Virus genome (UHGV): UHGV-1332848
Length of the DNA: 64,000 nucleotides
Direction: 5' to 3' (one strand)
DNA from: a virus
The translations under genes were made by a program, and so were the position numbers. The notes below the pieces were generated by a model. It was not told the DNA's origin, did no database searches, and saw only the letters and a program-made list of their open reading frames with translations. This document shows, piece after piece, positions 39,062 through 48,770 of this stretch. Within the stretch, counting starts at the first letter, position 1; each line of letters starts with the position of its first letter.

Positions 39062-40165
39062 ATGTTAAAAGATTCTTGTGTATTTATAGGTGTAGGACAA
39101 TGTGGAGGAAATATAGTTAGACAATTAGAATTAAAAGGTGGGTATTCATGCTTTTATATTAACTCATCAACTGAAGATTTAGAAACTATAGGTACTGATT
39201 ATGATAAGCAACATCATATTTCAGAAACAAAAGGAATGGCTAAAGATCAAAAATTAGCTAAAGAAATAATAAACGCTGAAGAGAGAAATTATATAATTGC
39301 AGAAAAGATATATAAGAGATATGCCAATGCTACGATATATACATTTGTATTCTCAACATCTGGGGGAACAGGTGGTGGAATGTCAAGTTCTATAATGAAA
39401 GCTATGAAAGAATGGTATCCAGATAAAATAGTAAATGCCATTGCTGTTAAACCACATTCAAGCGAAGATATGATTATGCAATATAATTCATTGGAATGTC
39501 TAAAGGAATTAAAAGAGTTAAATAAAGATAACGTAGTAACTAATTTACAAATTGTAGACAATAATAAAAGAGATTTTAAGGATAAAATGAGAATAAATTC
39601 AGAAGTTGCATCTTTATTAGACGGAATAATGGCTTTTAATTCAATAACATCAGAAGGAAATTTAGATGAACAAGAATTAGAAGTAATATATTCAACAAAG
39701 GGCGTTTCTTTTATATGTGAGTTTGGTGGTACTGATTTTGTAAATGAATTAGATAAAGCAGAGCAAAAAATGGTATATGCACAATATTTAAAAAATGGTA
39801 CTGTGCATGGTCTTATTTTAAATAAAGATTGTAATACAGAAATAAATAGAGCTATAATAAAGGATGCATTTGGATATCCTTTAAAAACAATGGATACTGT
39901 ATGGGATGATGAAAGTAATATTGTTTTTGTAGCTGGAACTGAATTTAATGATGGAATCTTAGAAGAATTAAAAAAATCATATATGGAGATTAAAAAGAAA
40001 AGAGAAGAAGTTAACGATAAAGCTAAAGAAAAGAGTGAATCTGATATAAGTATAGATTTTAGTGAATTAGAAACAGCTTCTACAGTGATAAATACAAAAG
40101 TTCAAAGACCAGATAGAAGACGTAGAGTAGGCGTAAATGGTGAAATGAGCAGATATAGAAAATAA
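39062..40165 (+). CDS. tubZ: TubZ tubulin/FtsZ-like GTPase (plasmid/phage partition)
   Basis: 367 aa. FIGVGQCGGNIVRQ (nucleotide-binding T1 loop) and FSTSGGTGGGMSS (tubulin signature GGGTG[ST]G) at residues 99-108. Confidence 0.75.
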   Translation: MLKDSCVFIGVGQCGGNIVRQLELKGGYSCFYINSSTEDLETIGTDYDKQHHISETKGMAKDQKLAKEIINAEERNYIIAEKIYKRYANATIYTFVFSTSGGTGGGMSSSIMKAMKEWYPDKIVNAIAVKPHSSEDMIMQYNSLECLKELKELNKDNVVTNLQIVDNNKRDFKDKMRINSEVASLLDGIMAFNSITSEGNLDEQELEVIYSTKGVSFICEFGGTDFVNELDKAEQKMVYAQYLKNGTVHGLILNKDCNTEINRAIIKDAFGYPLKTMDTVWDDESNIVFVAGTEFNDGILEELKKSYMEIKKKREEVNDKAKEKSESDISIDFSELETASTVINTKVQRPDRRRRVGVNGEMSRYRK

Positions 40166-40171
40166 TTTCAA

Positions 40172-40203
40172 AGGCTAGGGTATAACAACCTTAGCCTATT
40201 TTA
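40172..40203. terminator. Bidirectional stem-loop terminator between tubZ and the convergent nuclease gene
   Basis: AGGCTAGGG-tataacaa-CCTTAGCCT (9-bp stem with one G-U) followed by ATTTTA. Confidence 0.4.
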
Positions 40204-40732
40204 AATATCCTAAATATCTCAACACATTGTCAGCATCACATATCTTACACATATCTACAAATCCGTTGATATCAACTAATTTAATATCAACTTTACTTTT
40301 CTCTGCCGTATCAATAGCATCATTTGTATAGCCACTTGTAGTTAAAAACAAACACTTATTAACTCCATCTGAGACCGCACTCCCAATCAATTTTAAAACC
40401 AATGGAGCAGTCACCAGATTTGAACTAGCATACCTTTTAATTTCCACATACATTTTGCCATCCTTAGTACTTAATATTAAATCCTTGCCACCATCCCTTG
40501 TTTTTGGTGTTTGTTCCGCTTTAAACCCCATTTCTTTAAATATATACTCAACAAAATCCTCAAATTCTGATCCATTCATTTTATTTACTGAAGAAATAAC
40601 TTTATCTATATAGACATTGATTGGATATTCTCTTTGCTCTTTTTTCTTGGTTTTTACTTTGTTTATTCCAAGCCCTACATAATAAAGGATTATAGACAAT
40701 ATACATATAGTAAAAAACTGTTTGTTATCCAT
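40196..40732 (-). CDS. Membrane-anchored Mrr-like restriction endonuclease domain protein (PD-(D/E)xK)
   Basis: 178 aa. N-terminal TM helix FFTICILSIILYYVGLGI. Mrr_cat-like core FEDFVEYIFKEMGF...RDGGKDLIL...YVEIKRY (D...EIK). Confidence 0.5.
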   Translation of the reverse strand: MDNKQFFTICILSIILYYVGLGINKVKTKKKEQREYPINVYIDKVISSVNKMNGSEFEDFVEYIFKEMGFKAEQTPKTRDGGKDLILSTKDGKMYVEIKRYASSNLVTAPLVLKLIGSAVSDGVNKCLFLTTSGYTNDAIDTAEKSKVDIKLVDINGFVDMCKICDADNVLRYLGYLK

Positions 40733-40956
40733 AAAATAATCCTCCTGAAATTTTAAAAATATATTTTAACATATATGTTCACATATATACTGTTAATACA
40801 TAGTATGTACTATAAATCAAAATAATATTCAAAAGGGAGCAATGAAAAAAAATGAAAAATAATTTAGAGATATTAAAATGTTTATGGTTATTACTAATAA
40901 ATGGTTTAAAAGATGTCAATACAGAATACAGACATCTAGGATAGGAGAGTGTGTTA

Positions 40957-41264
40957 TGTTAGCAAGAGAAAGAACATTGTCAAAAAAAGAAGTTAGTAAT
41001 ATTTTATCAGAAATAAATCAAAAAAAGATTATAAAAACTACCTCAATTGGAATTGTGGGACTAGGAGCTTTTAAGATTGTATATAAATATTCAAATGCAG
41101 TAGATAATTTTATATTTAGTAATTTTAAAGGGTTTTTATTAAATAGCAATTTCTCATTACTTGGAATAGCAATACCTAATTGGTTTTCAATAGCGTTATT
41201 ATTAATGGTTGTAGCTTGTTCATCTGTAGACATATACACAAAGATTATAAAGAAAAGTAGGTGA
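40957..41264 (+). CDS. Small membrane protein (two TM helices)
   Basis: Start chosen at MLARERT after RBS AGGAGAG (track ORF starts at 40878); hydrophobic helices GIVGLGAF and SIALLLMVVACS. Confidence 0.35.
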
Positions 41265-41268
41265 GAGT

Positions 41269-42924
41269 ATGATTTTAGAAAGTTTATTATGTGGAACAAC
41301 TGGTTATGCATTATATAGAATATTTGCATATGATAAACATGAGGAAAGAAGGCTTAAAAGTAAAGTGAAAAGAAACTGGAAAGTTTTAATGGATAGTATG
41401 GGAAACTCTGCTGAGAACAAGATACATCAAGAATATGAAATTTTAAATATATTCCCAAAGCATTACGGATTTGACATGGTTGTATCTATTCCACCAGCAA
41501 AGAAATTCTCTGATGTAGTAGATTTATTGCCTCTAATAGAGCATTTTTACCGTGCTAATGTAATGCTGAATATGTCCGAAAATAAGAATGCTGCTTATGT
41601 AAGAGTACATTTTTCAAATTTTGAAATTTCCCCTAAAGACAAACTTAGATTTGATTGGTTTAAAACATTTTATAACATGTCAGGCTGTATAACTAAGTCG
41701 GGTGAAACTTTGAATATAGATAAAATAAGTGAGATAAAATCACACGACAATGAATTAGTTGGCTATAAAATAATCTCTAAAATCCCACTAGGATTAAACT
41801 ACGATAAAATAAAAGATTCTTATGATACTATAACTAAAACAATGGGAAAGTGTTTCTTTAATTTCAACTACAAGGAAATGGTACTAGAAACATCTATAAT
41901 TCATAAAAGGATTGAAGATAATGTTAAGTTTACGCCATATAAAGTTAAACCTTGGGAATTATATATATCTATGGGGTATGACTGGAATCCTATTATACTA
42001 GATTATAGTATGGTTGCAAACTCATTAATAGGAGGTACTCAAGGTAGCGGTAAAACAAATGCTATATTTTCTGCTTTTATAAATCTTTGCAATCAATGCA
42101 ATGGTGATTACTATGAAGATGGATTTGACTTAATGGTATCTAATCTAGGCGAAAAGAATGATCTTAGAGTTTTTAGAGATACAAAGCAATGTAAATACTA
42201 TGCTAATAGTCAAGCTGAAGTATTATCTATGCTTAAGTATCTAAAAAAGGAAATGAATAGAAGGAATAAATTATTTGCTGAACAAGAATCATTTTGTTTC
42301 AATATTCACCAATACAATAAATTGATAAAGGACAAATCGAAGCAATTGAAAGTAATACACTTATTAGGTGATGAAATAGCAGACTTAATGAGTGAAGATA
42401 AAGATGATGGTAAAAAAGAAATTCAGGATATGTTGTGGGATATTATCAGGAAGTCAAGAAGTAGCGGTATATATATTACTGTTGCCACTCAACGTGGTAG
42501 TTTAGCAAATTTAAGTAGTGAAATTAAAGGACAACTAGCTAATAAGATATGCTTTAGTCAACCTAACACAGCATCCGCACTTACAATTATGTCTGGTGAT
42601 GATGTAGCAAAACGTGTTATGTCTTTAGAAAAAAGCAGAGAATGTTTAGTTGATTATGCAGAAGGAATTAAAGTAGCTAAGACGCTATACCTAGATGAAA
42701 GAATGATGGAAAAGTTATTAAAGAATTCTATAACAAAAGAAAATAATAAATTAAATCTTAACCTAGATGGTGATATAGTCGTTTCAGAACTCCCAAAAAC
42801 GATAGAAAACTCTGAAAATAATGATAAAAATACTAAAGAACATAAAGAAACTTCGAAAAAATCTAAAAAAAATAGATTTACTAATCTTATTGAGAATAAA
42901 AGCAAAAAGGGTGAAGAAGAATAA
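41269..42924 (+). CDS. FtsK/SpoIIIE-family DNA translocase ATPase
   Basis: 551 aa. N-terminal TM. Walker A GGTQGSGKTN, Walker B IHLLGDEIADL, and the ATQR motif in GIYITVATQRGS. Confidence 0.7.
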   Translation: MILESLLCGTTGYALYRIFAYDKHEERRLKSKVKRNWKVLMDSMGNSAENKIHQEYEILNIFPKHYGFDMVVSIPPAKKFSDVVDLLPLIEHFYRANVMLNMSENKNAAYVRVHFSNFEISPKDKLRFDWFKTFYNMSGCITKSGETLNIDKISEIKSHDNELVGYKIISKIPLGLNYDKIKDSYDTITKTMGKCFFNFNYKEMVLETSIIHKRIEDNVKFTPYKVKPWELYISMGYDWNPIILDYSMVANSLIGGTQGSGKTNAIFSAFINLCNQCNGDYYEDGFDLMVSNLGEKNDLRVFRDTKQCKYYANSQAEVLSMLKYLKKEMNRRNKLFAEQESFCFNIHQYNKLIKDKSKQLKVIHLLGDEIADLMSEDKDDGKKEIQDMLWDIIRKSRSSGIYITVATQRGSLANLSSEIKGQLANKICFSQPNTASALTIMSGDDVAKRVMSLEKSRECLVDYAEGIKVAKTLYLDERMMEKLLKNSITKENNKLNLNLDGDIVVSELPKTIENSENNDKNTKEHKETSKKSKKNRFTNLIENKSKKGEEE

Positions 42925-43523
42925 TGAGCATTAGATTTACAAAGAAAGTTAGGGACATTTTGGAGCATATAAACACCTACGGATTTATTACTAACAAACA
43001 ATGTGCTTTGATTTACTTTAAGGGAGCTAAACAACCATATATACAAGCACAGACAAAAATGAAGTTATTGTATGATAATAATATAGTAAAACGGACTGAA
43101 TACAAGTTAAATAGAGAGTATGTATATAGCATAAATAAAGAAGAAATAAGCGACCACAGAATGTATTTAATGAATTTATATGCATATCTATATAGTAAAT
43201 TTGAAATCATCTATTTTAAAGTTGAAGAATCTTGGCAATGCAAAAAGAGAAATGATGCACATATAATCATTAAAAAGAATAATGGTGATATGGTTGGCAT
43301 TCTATGTGAGATAGATTTATACCACAAAACAGGACAAGATAAGTTGGATAAGATGTATGAGAGTGGGGAAGTACACCAATGGTATAAGATTAATTATGAT
43401 GCCGACGGTTATTATCCATCTGTATTAATAGTTAATAGTTCTGGTAAGACGACAATTAAATCTAACCAATATGAAGTAGTTGCTGTTGATTTTGATTTTA
43501 ATGGGCTAGATAGTATCTTATAG
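42924..43523 (+). CDS. Replication-relaxation family (Replic_Relax-like) winged-helix protein
   Basis: 199 aa. N-terminus VRDILEHINTYGFITNKQCALIYF resembles Replic_Relax. ATGA overlap with the FtsK-like gene. Confidence 0.4.
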   Translation: MSIRFTKKVRDILEHINTYGFITNKQCALIYFKGAKQPYIQAQTKMKLLYDNNIVKRTEYKLNREYVYSINKEEISDHRMYLMNLYAYLYSKFEIIYFKVEESWQCKKRNDAHIIIKKNNGDMVGILCEIDLYHKTGQDKLDKMYESGEVHQWYKINYDADGYYPSVLIVNSSGKTTIKSNQYEVVAVDFDFNGLDSIL

Positions 43524-43589
43524 TGGGGAATGTGAAAATATCCCCCGCCCTATACATATAACTAAAGTATATAAAGGAGGATATTTAAG

Positions 43590-44147
43590 ATGAAGAATTT
43601 AAAAAGTTACATGAAAATTATGATAGTACCAATAATTGTAGGACTAGTGCTTTTGATTTGGTTTAGGAATACAGGCTCTGTATTTGAAAAGCTACTTATT
43701 GGATTTATAGCAATTACAGCTCTTATTCCTTTTGTTTTACAGCTATTAGCTATGTTATTAAATGGTGAAGTTAAAGATAATAAATTTAACACCTATAAGC
43801 AAAAGGAGAGTAAGAAAAGTGAATATATTATAGAGCCAATAAAAAATAAAAATAATACTAAAAATAGCAGTATAAAAGCACCTTATAAAGTTAAGACTAA
43901 TAATAATCCAACATACATTGATGTGAGAGATAGATTTAAGGACTTAGTTAAAAATGGTGATTTAGGGAGACAACAAATTTTACAATTCAAATCAGAATTA
44001 GATCATACTTTAGGTACTCACAAATACACTTATGATACTTTCAGTTTTGAGAATGATATGCATGAGATATATATTAAACTGAAGAGTTCTAAACTTACCA
44101 CAGAAGATTATGTTTACTTAAAAGGTGTTGTAGAAGATTTAATTTAA
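43590..44147 (+). CDS. Membrane protein (two TM) with a soluble C-terminal domain
   Basis: 185 aa; strong RBS AAAGGAGG; TM helices at residues 10-25 and 35-57. Confidence 0.4.
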   Translation: MKNLKSYMKIMIVPIIVGLVLLIWFRNTGSVFEKLLIGFIAITALIPFVLQLLAMLLNGEVKDNKFNTYKQKESKKSEYIIEPIKNKNNTKNSSIKAPYKVKTNNNPTYIDVRDRFKDLVKNGDLGRQQILQFKSELDHTLGTHKYTYDTFSFENDMHEIYIKLKSSKLTTEDYVYLKGVVEDLI

Positions 44148-44687
44148 TATTTTACTTGGCTAGTTTTTATATGTTTTGTTATATATTTAGTTGTATATAT
44201 AGAACATATAAAAATTGGCTTTAAAATTAGTGATATCAAGGCTTCATTTTTTCAATAAGAAATGAAAGCAATGGGAGAGGAATGAGAGTATTAAACACGC
44301 CAAAAAGCAAAACAAATCACAGCACACAAATAGTTATGTCTATTCACTTTTAGTATACACACAATCATATAAACTTATACATTTAAAAATTTATAGAATA
44401 TTACAAAACTAATGAATTTAATTATGAAGATAAAACAATAGGACTAGCCTATATACACAGTAGATTGATAAATTAATAGTTGATTTTTTGCTTTTGCATT
44501 AGCCTATTTTTATCTTTCTACTTTCCTTTTACATAAATTATACTCTTAAAATTATAAAAGACAGGGGTGTACGAATAGCTAATTGGTGATTAAAACTATT
44601 TTTTTGAATTTGACATAGCACCCCTGCCAACATTTTAATTATAGACCATAGTTGGAAATAATATACAAATAAAATAAATAATATTTA

Positions 44688-44727
44688 AGTGTTGCGATAG
44701 CGAGGTGTCGTGGCACTTATTTTTTTG
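44688..44727 (+). terminator. Rho-independent terminator ending the tubR to 43590 plus-strand block
   Basis: AGUGUUGCG / CGUGGCACU stem (with G-U pairs) followed by U7 run at 44720-44726. Confidence 0.5.
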
Positions 44728-45543
44728 TCTTAAATTATAGTTAGATAAGTATGATATAACCGAGATTGAGCTGATATTATTTGGCGATTTAAGATATCAT
44801 TTTAAAGTAGTAATATTAAAAAAGTAGGAGCATCTCGTTAAGACGTAGTAATTTAGATAGTTTAATCAACTATAATTGATACCAAGTTTAGATTTTTTAA
44901 TCGGAAATTATATGTAGACGTTGAGAATAGAGGGCTGAACGATAACGAATACGATAATGTTTCGAGTCGTATTTTTAAAATATTACATGACTCAATGTGT
45001 TATGGCAAACACACGTTCCCTTAATCTCCCCGAAAATGTTTAATATCCCCCTACCTATATAGTACTATTTACTATATAATACAATATAAATAACACGTAT
45101 TAAAGTACGATAATTACATAATTATAATACTTTAAGGCATGAAAACAATGTAAATGATAATAATTGTTGATAGGATAGCTCCTGGAATTATACAGTTATT
45201 GATACTGGATAATATAGTTATTGATACATGAGTTGATGCAGATTGGATGAAGAGTAGTCAAATATATTTTAGTAGTCAAATGTCGTTATTAAGTTTGGTT
45301 TGGACGGGAAACACTTATACAGTTTAATTAAATACAATTATCTAGAACTAAACAATAAATAATTCAATTACCTTCAATATTAAATATTGCTATTAATAAT
45401 TATTTAAAAACTATATACAATATCTACCACATATGATATAATTAATATATATAAATATAAAAGGAGTTGATACAATGAATAAATTAAATTAGGTTTAAAC
45501 AAACGATACAATAATTAATTAAATAATACAAAGGAGTGATTAC

Positions 45544-46749
45544 TTGAACAAAGTAACTATAATTGATTCTATAATGGGAAGTGGTAAAACTTCTTGGAGT
45601 GTAGGAAAAATGAATAATGATGATAATAATAACTACATATATATAACACCATATCTGAATGAAGTACAAAGGATTAAACAACAATGCAATAATAAAAGAT
45701 TCTATGAGCCGATAAATGTAGGCAATGGAAAGCTAGACAGTCTACACAACTTGTTATTGAACAGTAAGAATATAGCATCTACACATGCATTATTTAAAAT
45801 GTCTAGTGATGAGACTAGAGAGTTATTAAAGGCTAATAGTTATATATTAATACTGGACGAGGTAATGGACGTGATAGAACAAGTGCCATTAAAGAAGGAT
45901 GATTTAAAGCTATTATTAGATAATGAAATGATATATATAGATAAAGACAATAATAATATGGTAATATGGAACAATGATAAGCTAGAACTATCTACAAAGT
46001 ATGACGATATAAAACAAATGTGCTTAAATAGAAATGTCTATATGGTTAATAATACATTGTTTATGTGGACATTTCCAGTAGATATATTTAAAGCCTTTAA
46101 AGAAGTTTATATTCTTACATATCTTTTTGATGGACAAATACAAAGATATTATTATGATTTGTATAATATTAAGTATGAGTATAAATCTATACATAAAATA
46201 AATAACAATTATATTCTAGGTGAGTACATAGCTAATTATGACATGAAGAGTATTAAGGATAGAATAAATATATTAGATGATAATATTAATTTAATAGGTG
46301 AGAATAAGTTTGCCTTAAGTTCTAGTTGGTTTAAAAATGATAAAAATAAACTATTAATTAACCAACTTAAAAATAATACATATAACTATTTTACTAACAA
46401 AATACATGGACAAAGTAAATATAACATGTGGACTACATTTAAAGCAGAAAGAAGTAAGTTGACTGGTAAAGGATATATGAGGGGATTTGTAAGCTTAACT
46501 GCTAGAGCAACAAATGAATATGCAGATAAATATAATTTAGCTTATTTAGGTAATATATTTCTAAATCCATTAATTAAACAGTTTTTTATAGATAGAAATG
46601 TAAAAGTCAATGAAGAAATATACGCACTATCTGAGCTATTACAATGGATATGGAGGAGTAGAATAAGAAAGGACGATAAAGAATCTATTAATATTTATAT
46701 ACCATCTAAGAGGATGAGAAATTTATTTTTAGACTGGTTAGGAAATTAA
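45544..46749 (+). CDS. P-loop NTPase (Zot/helper-ATPase-like), TTG start
   Basis: 401 aa. Walker A IMGSGKTSW at residues 11-19, Walker B ILILDEV. RBS AAAGGAG 8 nt before TTG. Confidence 0.5.
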   Translation: MNKVTIIDSIMGSGKTSWSVGKMNNDDNNNYIYITPYLNEVQRIKQQCNNKRFYEPINVGNGKLDSLHNLLLNSKNIASTHALFKMSSDETRELLKANSYILILDEVMDVIEQVPLKKDDLKLLLDNEMIYIDKDNNNMVIWNNDKLELSTKYDDIKQMCLNRNVYMVNNTLFMWTFPVDIFKAFKEVYILTYLFDGQIQRYYYDLYNIKYEYKSIHKINNNYILGEYIANYDMKSIKDRINILDDNINLIGENKFALSSSWFKNDKNKLLINQLKNNTYNYFTNKIHGQSKYNMWTTFKAERSKLTGKGYMRGFVSLTARATNEYADKYNLAYLGNIFLNPLIKQFFIDRNVKVNEEIYALSELLQWIWRSRIRKDDKESINIYIPSKRMRNLFLDWLGN

Positions 46750-47108
46750 ACTTCCTAAATCAAATCTGAAAGCTAGTGATACCAACGGTTTCGAGAGTCT
46801 GCCCTTAATATAAAAGAAGAAATAATTAATTAAAAAGATGGATACAAAATAACCATTTATATTATTATATAATAGCGTTTAATAGCCAACTTTTATTACT
46901 TTGCTTATGCGAGCGTTCGCAACGCTTAAATAATATTTATTTCCTAACGTCAATAAAATTATTTAAATTATAATTAGATTTAAATAGTCTATAGAATGTA
47001 TAAAATATACAATAATGATTGTAATAATTAATTAAATACTTTACAAGTGTTGAAAATAAGAGTATAATAAATAGTATAATAATTAATTAAAAAGGTGGTA
47101 ATTTTAAA

Positions 47109-47297
47109 ATGAAAAATAATAAAAGAACAATAACAATTATGTTATTAATATCTATGTTACTTGTATTAGGAGCTAGACAATACAAAATAAACGCATTAAC
47201 AAGGGAATTAAGCACAACAGACAATAATATAAAAACATCTAAAGAAGAGTACAATAAGTTAAATAAAACAGTAAAAGTTAAAAAAAATATTATATGA
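47109..47297 (+). CDS. Small bitopic membrane protein (TM plus coiled coil; FtsL/DivIC-like architecture), possibly the 5' part of a frameshifted longer gene
   Basis: 62 aa, RBS AAAGGTGG preceded by the motif. Ends in an A8 run. The +1 frame stays open for about 68 further codons to 47502. Confidence 0.35.
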   Translation: MKNNKRTITIMLLISMLLVLGARQYKINALTRELSTTDNNIKTSKEEYNKLNKTVKVKKNII

Positions 47298-48118
47298 AAC
47301 AACTGACAATTTCCACATTGAAGAAGGGGAGATAGGGATTGAATTCACCGACGGGTCATGGGCAAGTATAAACCAAGCTAAGAATCAATATACTTTCCAA
47401 CCTTATGCGTTGGGCGATTGGAGTTATGATTTTAACAATATAGAAGGCTTTAAGAACTGTATTACAACTTATTTAAACATAATAAACGAGGGAACTTATT
47501 AAGAGGTAGAATTATTTCTATCTCTTTTTTATTTATTCAAGAATATATAATAATTATTTAAAAAATAGTTAGCAAACACTAGTAAATTAAAGAAAATAAG
47601 AGATAAACAAAGTCAATGTTTAATAATTAATTAAAATAGTTGAAAATAACACTTGTAATTATAATACTTTAAGCGTATAATATAATTATAGTAAGAAAAC
47701 GAACACAGTAACAAATATAGCAAGTCAAATAAATTAATTAAATATTTTCCTTAATAATTAATTAAAAAAGTATTGACAAATTATAGAAAAGTATGGTATA
47801 ATAAATTATAAGATAAATTAAAGGGTGGTTAAGTACCTACAACAAACTTAGCTAGACATTTACACATCTACAAAGTATATCGGCTTTTTGAAAACTACAT
47901 ATAGAGACATCGAAAAGGCTATCTTTAAGCCTAGTATATTTAAAAATTAATTAAATGTTTTTAGATTTAAGCTTATAAATAGTAAGTCGCATTATTAACT
48001 TAATTCCGAATTGCTTAGCATAGTAGGTTATATGTAATTTTAAGTATAAATTAATAATTCGCATCTTATAAGCTTATGTATAAAAATATAAAATAATTTA
48101 TAAAAGGGGTTTTTAAAA

Positions 48119-48418
48119 ATGGAAAATGTATTCATTCAAGCTTTAGAAAATGAAAAGAAAAGAATTGATAATATGCAAGGTAATTGGGGATTAAGTCAAG
48201 TTAGTAGATTAAATCATATACTAGAAGGAAAAGAAGTCTATATCAGCGATAATCTTTGGGATTTACTTATATTCAATGTACAAGATTTATATTGCAATGA
48301 TGGAAAAATATCAATAGTTTGGAGATTGAACCAAAAAAGTAAGAAAGTTATTAAGTTAATACAAGAAAACTACCAATTAATAGTAGATAATTACAAATAT
48401 ATAATGTTTGGTGTGTAG
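48119..48418 (+). CDS. Hypothetical early protein (99 aa)
   Basis: RBS AAAGGGG; first gene of a long plus-strand array of small genes. Confidence 0.45.
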   Translation: MENVFIQALENEKKRIDNMQGNWGLSQVSRLNHILEGKEVYISDNLWDLLIFNVQDLYCNDGKISIVWRLNQKSKKVIKLIQENYQLIVDNYKYIMFGV

Positions 48419-48430
48419 GAGGATTGGAAA

Positions 48431-48679
48431 ATGGGAAATACAAAAATTATAAAAGTATTAAAAGTTGACAATGATTATTTTACAACAAGAATAAATGGAT
48501 CAGAAAAGGAAATAATTGAATGCTATAATGAGTATAATCTATTATGCGACAATAAAGAAAATATTCAAGTTAAAGAAATAGAATTTAATTATAACGATGG
48601 CGGTTTTAGTGGTTTAATGGATAGAAAAGTTATTTACAATTTTATGTTTGACAGTAAATTAAATTGTTACCAATATTAA
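48431..48679 (+). CDS. Hypothetical early protein (82 aa)
   Basis: RBS GGAGG, 12-nt intergenic spacer. Confidence 0.45.
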   Translation: MGNTKIIKVLKVDNDYFTTRINGSEKEIIECYNEYNLLCDNKENIQVKEIEFNYNDGGFSGLMDRKVIYNFMFDSKLNCYQY

Positions 48680-48770
48680 TAAATAGGTTCTAAAGGGTTA
48701 ATCCTAAAAAGCCCTTTTCCAAAAAAAATAATTAAAATAAAAATTTTATAATTAAAGGAGTGTATTAGGT

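Noticed and set aside
45484-45684. 66-aa minus-strand ORF overlapping the start of the P-loop NTPase gene
   Set aside because: It has poly-Ile/Tyr low complexity and lies in nearly pure AT DNA. It overlaps a gene with strong RBS and Walker motifs, and nothing supports translation.
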